Source: Candidatus Latescibacterota bacterium (GTDB lineage Bacteria > Latescibacterota > UBA2968 > GCA-2709665). Taken from it: a DNA stretch of 64,000 bases. A model generated the notes under the pieces. The model ran no database searches. It saw only the letters and a program-made list of their open reading frames with translations, and had not been told where the DNA came from. Within the stretch, counting starts at the first letter, position 1, and each line of letters begins with the position of its first letter. Below, piece after piece: positions 58,985 to 64,000 of this stretch. A program made the position numbers and the translations under genes. The DNA is taken from contig CBDCOX010000002.1 in NCBI GenBank assembly GCA_965219995.1, positions 3,520,001 to 3,584,000 on the forward strand, written 5' to 3'.

Positions 58985-61492
58985 ATGAAGGCACGTATGT
59001 TGTCGATACCCATATTCGCGGTCGTTGTCGTCATGTGTACAACGAAAGCCCCGTTGGATGCTTTCTCCAATGAACATGCCGGCGGAGTCGATTCCCTTTA
59101 TCAGGCGGGAATGCGCCTGGCGGACATGGACTCAATGGACGCTGCGGCGAGGCGATTTAATGATGCGATAGAGTTGGACGGGAAACATGCACCTTCATAC
59201 GTGGGGTTGGGTCACGTTCACCTGAAATTGGGAAACCTGAAGGAAGCGGAGAAGGCCTTTCGTACGGCACTGAGGAAGCGGAAGAACTTCGCACCGGCCC
59301 TGAACGGACTGGGTCTCGTGTTTCGCAATACTGAGAAAATGCTGGATTGGGCAATCAAGTATTTTCGAAGGGCCGTTCGGGCTGACCGAGGTTACGTGGA
59401 AGCGTACTACAACCTGGCCCAATCGTACCAGGAAATTGGCAATTCGAGGGAACTGGACACGTACAAGAAACTGGTTAAGGTGGACCCGGATCATCACGAT
59501 GTCTGGTTCCAGATTGGTCGGATCTACAAAGATGGAAGAGCGGGTCGATTTCGAAATGCGCGAAAGGCAGAGGAAGCGTTCCGCCGGCAACTCCAGGTGA
59601 ATCGAGCACATTTTGGGGCTCGGACCTATCTTGCACAGTGGTTGAAGGAAGAAGGACGCACGGATGAAGCGTTGGGGATGTTCAAGGCAGTCGTGGATAC
59701 GCCGAATGCCTATCAACGGCGCGCGTTCCTGGATCTGGCGGAGATGTATCAGCATGCGCGGGACCACGATCCGTTTGATGCGATACTGGATGCTTTCCTG
59801 GAGGGTCTGCCACCCAGCGAGCAGGCATTATACTATGATCTAAGCCTGGTGGTTAACAGCGATGAACTGCCCCGCTTCCAGGCGACGCCAGATGAAGAGC
59901 GCAAGGCGCAATCCGAAATTTTCTGGGCGCCTCGGGATCCTGCGCCGGTGACGGCGGCCAACGAACGGTGGATAGAGCACTGCCGCCGGGTGGCGTATGC
60001 ACGGGAGCATTTCAGCGAGTACGAATTCCCCTGGGACGTACGTGGGGAGGTGTATGTACGTTATGGAAGGCCCGATCACATCAGTGCGTCGGAGAACATC
60101 CGATTTGAGACGGACCCAAGGGTTCTTGCAGTTAAGGACCGGCTGATGAACCAGGCTGGCGAAGCCTTGCCTCACCTCCTTCTGAACCGGCGCATGGTCA
60201 GCTTCTACAGGTCGATGAGTGGATCAGTAGAGAAGGGTATGGACGACAAGGAGACGCTATCTACGATTCTTGGCTACCCGGTATACCCCGTTCGAGGCGT
60301 CTGGGAATACTGGATTTACTCGAACGTCGACGGTGGCGTGGAAGTGACTTTTGTACAGGAACACGGGCCAGGCCCAGGCGCCTACAAGTACGCAGAGGTG
60401 CCGCATGCGGGCGCCGCTATCTGGGTGGACGAGATCACAGGGCGAAACCCCGGCACCACCTTGTTGACTGACGGGCTAATGGATGAAATCCCTGATGCTT
60501 GGATCGATACTTCGATGGCGACTGACGAGCCAACGGATGAAATCCTTCATCCTTCGATCGATACTTCGATCAAGTCAAATTTGATATGGCAGCGAATGAA
60601 CCCCGGTCTGGTGATGCGTCGCGCGGCGCGCAAGACGCCGGCGATTTACGAACAGGACTTTGCCACTGCCCCCCTCGATTTCTTCTATGACGCGGCTCGA
60701 TTCAAGGCAGATGACCGTTCGGTAAAACTGGAGGTGTACTATGGTATTCCCACGCGTGAACTTGACTACAAAGAAGGACCCGACGGAAGGCTGACGGCAT
60801 ACTTGAAGCGGGGCCTGGCGCTGCACGACGAGGATAACATGCCGGTGTATCGGTCGAGCGAGGATATGGAGCTGTACACGTCGGGACCGATTGATACCAC
60901 CCAGATCGCATTTGTGCCGGAGATGGACCGGCTTTCTGTCGCGCCTGGCACTTATCGGCTATCCGTGCAGATTCTGGACTCGTCTTCGGATAAGTCTCAG
61001 GTCTACAACCGCGAAGTGGTGCTACATCCATATGCCGATGACTCGCTGAGGGTGAGTGATATTGAGATGGCCTCATTGATTCGTCCAAGCCGTGGCAGCA
61101 AATTCACAAAAGGCGAGATCGAGGTGGTGCCTAATCCGAGTCTGTTCTATTTCGTGGGACAGCCGGTGTTTGTCTATTACGAAGTCTACAACCTGACGAA
61201 GGACGAGTTCGGCAGGACAAGGTACCGGGTATTGTACGAACTGCATTCGCTCAATAAAGGTAACGTAGCGGTGAAGATCCTGAAGGCGCTTGGCAGGTTG
61301 GTCGGCATCGACAGAAAGGCTGAGGTCGTGAACGTGGAGTACGCGCACGAGGGAGACAGAGCCGATGAGTACGGATACCTGGAACTGGATATGTCGAAAA
61401 CCGATCCGGGGCACCAGTTGTTGATCGTCAAGGTTTCGGACGAGTTTGCGGGCAGCCACGCAACCTCGGAAATATCGTTTGCCATTCGATAA
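58985..61492 (+). CDS. Secreted TPR + GWxTD-family protein (paralog 4)
   Basis: Signal peptide; TPRs; FW..RDP..T..NERW.EH.RRVAYA; PWDVRGEVYVRYGRPD; VFVYYEVYNL.KD.FG. Confidence 0.85.
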   Translation: MKARMLSIPIFAVVVVMCTTKAPLDAFSNEHAGGVDSLYQAGMRLADMDSMDAAARRFNDAIELDGKHAPSYVGLGHVHLKLGNLKEAEKAFRTALRKRKNFAPALNGLGLVFRNTEKMLDWAIKYFRRAVRADRGYVEAYYNLAQSYQEIGNSRELDTYKKLVKVDPDHHDVWFQIGRIYKDGRAGRFRNARKAEEAFRRQLQVNRAHFGARTYLAQWLKEEGRTDEALGMFKAVVDTPNAYQRRAFLDLAEMYQHARDHDPFDAILDAFLEGLPPSEQALYYDLSLVVNSDELPRFQATPDEERKAQSEIFWAPRDPAPVTAANERWIEHCRRVAYAREHFSEYEFPWDVRGEVYVRYGRPDHISASENIRFETDPRVLAVKDRLMNQAGEALPHLLLNRRMVSFYRSMSGSVEKGMDDKETLSTILGYPVYPVRGVWEYWIYSNVDGGVEVTFVQEHGPGPGAYKYAEVPHAGAAIWVDEITGRNPGTTLLTDGLMDEIPDAWIDTSMATDEPTDEILHPSIDTSIKSNLIWQRMNPGLVMRRAARKTPAIYEQDFATAPLDFFYDAARFKADDRSVKLEVYYGIPTRELDYKEGPDGRLTAYLKRGLALHDEDNMPVYRSSEDMELYTSGPIDTTQIAFVPEMDRLSVAPGTYRLSVQILDSSSDKSQVYNREVVLHPYADDSLRVSDIEMASLIRPSRGSKFTKGEIEVVPNPSLFYFVGQPVFVYYEVYNLTKDEFGRTRYRVLYELHSLNKGNVAVKILKALGRLVGIDRKAEVVNVEYAHEGDRADEYGYLELDMSKTDPGHQLLIVKVSDEFAGSHATSEISFAIR

Positions 61493-61639
61493 GCATATTT
61501 GCCAGGTATGGTTCAACATCTGATCGAATGATATTCCTGTTGGTAGATTGTGGTATAGTGCGTTAGAGTCTTACAGTAAGACTCTAACGCAAAATGCGTT
61601 CATAATTATTCATGTTGCCAGCTAACAAAAAGGCGTTGT

Positions 61640-61729
61640 GATCCCCCCACCGCATCAGCCTTCGCCGGCCCTTCGACGAGCTCAGGGATCGGCTCGGCTT
61701 CTGCGACTCCCCCTCAAGGGGGGAGTGAT
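61640..61729 (+). repeat. REP-like element family 2
   Basis: CCCCCCACCGCATCAGCC...CCCTTCGACGAGCTCAGGGATCGG...CTCCCCCTCAAGGGGGGAGTGA. Confidence 0.8.
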
Positions 61730-61839
61730 TAGACCGCTTATCGGGCGCACACGTTCGATTCCACATATCAGGTTGCGTCTGAGCACAGCGACGCCGCGCC
61801 AGGTATCCTCATCGCGAGATTTAACCTATAGGTCTTGAA

Positions 61840-64000
61840 ATGTCGATTCCACGAAGTCACGAATTGCAGAGACGGCACAAGAGATTGACTTCAATGGCCT
61901 TCGGGTTCCTGTGCCTCGGGATCTGTCTCGCGTCGGCGAATGCGGCCGGTGTGAATCAGGTTGCCGACAGGCTCTTCGAGAAAGCTCTGGAGCAGGTCGG
62001 TCGCGTCACCGTCGAGGAGAGCCTGAAGGCATTTCGTGAGGTATTGAAGGCGGACCGGGACCACGCGCCGGCACATTACGAAATCGCGAAGCTGTATATG
62101 TCGCTTGACTCGCCCCTGGATCGCGAAAGCGCAATGAAGGCGGTCAAACAGGCCATTCTCCTGGATCATGACAATGTGAGCTATCGACTGATCAAGGCGT
62201 ATATCCTGTGGGCACAGGGATCCTGGTACAACGCGGTAAACGAGTATAAGAAAGTGCTGAAGGTCGATCCGAAAAACGCAACGGCGGCCTACATGATCGG
62301 ACACCATGGAATCAAGAACTTCATGAAATATTCCGATATGGAAATGACGAGCAGGGTATCGCCAATCGACTGGAGAGAAGGCGGCACCCGTGCCAGGCAC
62401 TCGTTGGGCGGATTCGGCATTGAGGACCTGGATGAAGCCGTCTCGTATCTGAAGACGTGTATCGAGGCGGATCCTCAGTTCAAGGATGCGTACTTTCAGT
62501 TGGGGCTCGCCTGCTATGAAGCAAATCGGCCTGATGAATTGATACAGGTGGCAAACCTGCTGATAGAGCGCTTGCCTGAGGACAAGGATGCGCTGCTCTT
62601 CTGCGGACTCGGATACCAGGCTCTAGGCGACGAGACATCGGCGCATGAATTCTACATGCGAGCGCTTCAGAGAATGGCGCCGGCTGAGCGTGCGGTGATG
62701 GAATCGGTAGAGGGCATTGTGCCGGACGCGGTGCGTGCGAACCTGGACGACCTTCATCGTGAACGTGAGACGGTCGGAAGCACGCATCAACCCTGGGTCG
62801 ACGGTGTGGAACGAGCTCGATTCTGGCGGCGGCAGGACCCCCTGTTTCTGACGGAATTCAACGAACGCCGCATGGAGCATTACGGCCGGGTCGCCTATGC
62901 TAATCTGCGCTTTAGCCAACCCTCGAAGGACATTGAGGGCTGGCGGACGGATATGGGCCGAGCCTATATACGACTGGGACGATATCTGGACCGAAGGATG
63001 CAACGACCGGAGGTTGGTTCTGGTCCGATAGACTACACCTACACCTTCGGCCAAATACCGCCGATGCGCTGGCATTTGTCCATGCAGAAAGAGACGTGGT
63101 TCTATGAGGGATTCCGGGTTGATTTTCAGATATCGGACGGATTCCACGGCTTTTCTCCATCTCGTTTGCCGGACCGGACGCGGTACGTCGATCCCTACGG
63201 CCGTATGAAATACCGCGTGCCTCACCAGGTCGCGAGTTTCAGGGACGGAGACAGCCTCCGCGTGGAACTGGCGTATGCGCTGCCCAGATACAATGTGACC
63301 TTATTGGATTCAGACAGGAATGTCGCGCTCGAAAACGGGGTATTTCTGTTTGACGAACGCTGGGACGAGGTCTATCGGAAGCGGTCGGACCTTAAACTGA
63401 AGTGGCCCCGGTTGGAGCCCAGCCGATATCCCGCCGCGGACAGCCTGCGGAATAATCATCTGGTTTTCCAGGTGCCGTTCAGGCTGATGCCGGGCACGTA
63501 CCACCTGGTTGGCGAATTGAGGGACGCCGGGCGAGGATCCATCGGCACGTTCCGGCGGCGCCGGGAGTTTGAAGCGGTAAAATCTTCGCTGGCAATGAGC
63601 GACTTGTTGCTGGCCGCACAGATTGACTCGAGAACGCCTTTTCCGGAGGGACGGTCGGACCTGGACATCGTGGCAAATCCGCTGCGGACCTATCATCGCT
63701 CCGAGCCTGCGTTCATCTATCTGGAAGCGTATAACCTGGACCGGGACGAATTCGGTCGAACGGAGTACGAGATCTCATACACGATCGGAAACACGGAGCA
63801 GAGAAAGATCGACCCGTACCTGTTTGTCGCGCAACGGTTGCCCCAGGGCGGCAGGCAGCTGGAAGTGTCTCGTGTCTCCAGGACTCGTGAGTCGGGCATG
63901 GACCGTCCACCGCGAGTTTCGGAGGAGGAAGAAGAAGAACAGCGGCGCGAGGGTCTGCCGGTAGTGCAGCAAGAGGTCGTTCCGGACTATTTCGATGCGA
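61840..64000 (+). CDS. Secreted TPR + GWxTD-domain protein (paralog 5, closest to paralog 1), truncated by window end
   Basis: Absent from ORF track, consistent with no stop in window; manual reading gives MSIPRSHELQRRHKRLTSMAFGFLCLGICLASANA, APAHYEIAK, FWRRQDPLFLTEFNERRMEHYGRVAYANLRF, GWRTDMGRAYIRLG in the same frame, open at 64000. Confidence 0.85.
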   Translation, partial: MSIPRSHELQRRHKRLTSMAFGFLCLGICLASANAAGVNQVADRLFEKALEQVGRVTVEESLKAFREVLKADRDHAPAHYEIAKLYMSLDSPLDRESAMKAVKQAILLDHDNVSYRLIKAYILWAQGSWYNAVNEYKKVLKVDPKNATAAYMIGHHGIKNFMKYSDMEMTSRVSPIDWREGGTRARHSLGGFGIEDLDEAVSYLKTCIEADPQFKDAYFQLGLACYEANRPDELIQVANLLIERLPEDKDALLFCGLGYQALGDETSAHEFYMRALQRMAPAERAVMESVEGIVPDAVRANLDDLHRERETVGSTHQPWVDGVERARFWRRQDPLFLTEFNERRMEHYGRVAYANLRFSQPSKDIEGWRTDMGRAYIRLGRYLDRRMQRPEVGSGPIDYTYTFGQIPPMRWHLSMQKETWFYEGFRVDFQISDGFHGFSPSRLPDRTRYVDPYGRMKYRVPHQVASFRDGDSLRVELAYALPRYNVTLLDSDRNVALENGVFLFDERWDEVYRKRSDLKLKWPRLEPSRYPAADSLRNNHLVFQVPFRLMPGTYHLVGELRDAGRGSIGTFRRRREFEAVKSSLAMSDLLLAAQIDSRTPFPEGRSDLDIVANPLRTYHRSEPAFIYLEAYNLDRDEFGRTEYEISYTIGNTEQRKIDPYLFVAQRLPQGGRQLEVSRVSRTRESGMDRPPRVSEEEEEEQRREGLPVVQQEVVPDYFDA

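Overview
64 kb from a GC-rich diderm bacterium (lpxH, TonB-dependent receptor). The PhyH, sulfatase, Gfo/Idh/MocA, EF-hand-tagged and GWxTD proteins suggest a Latescibacterota/Gemmatimonadota-like lineage (inference only). The left half (1-34 kb) holds metabolic genes (class III aminotransferase, PhyH dioxygenase, msrA, arylsulfatase, glpK, ilvD, TonB receptor plus lipoprotein), tmRNA, and three toxin-antitoxin/defence modules. These are darG-darT in antitoxin-first order on an AT-rich patch, higBA, and AbiE flanked by 58-bp direct repeats just after tmRNA. Six copies of a ~120-145 bp palindromic element with heptamer-repeat arms lie in the intergenic spaces, one nested inside another. The right half (34.5-64 kb) is the most unusual part. 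A 1619-aa Ser/Thr kinase-ATPase-TPR-GAF-sigma54 activator is followed by a -24/-12 promoter match, an IS630 insertion, and a co-oriented array of mostly signal-peptide-bearing paralogs that runs off the window. The array has five GWxTD/TPR proteins, a Kelch lipoprotein and five tandem EF-hand-tagged FGE-type C-type-lectin-fold proteins that differ mostly in predicted ligand-binding loops. All calls come from motif reading by eye; no database search was run.
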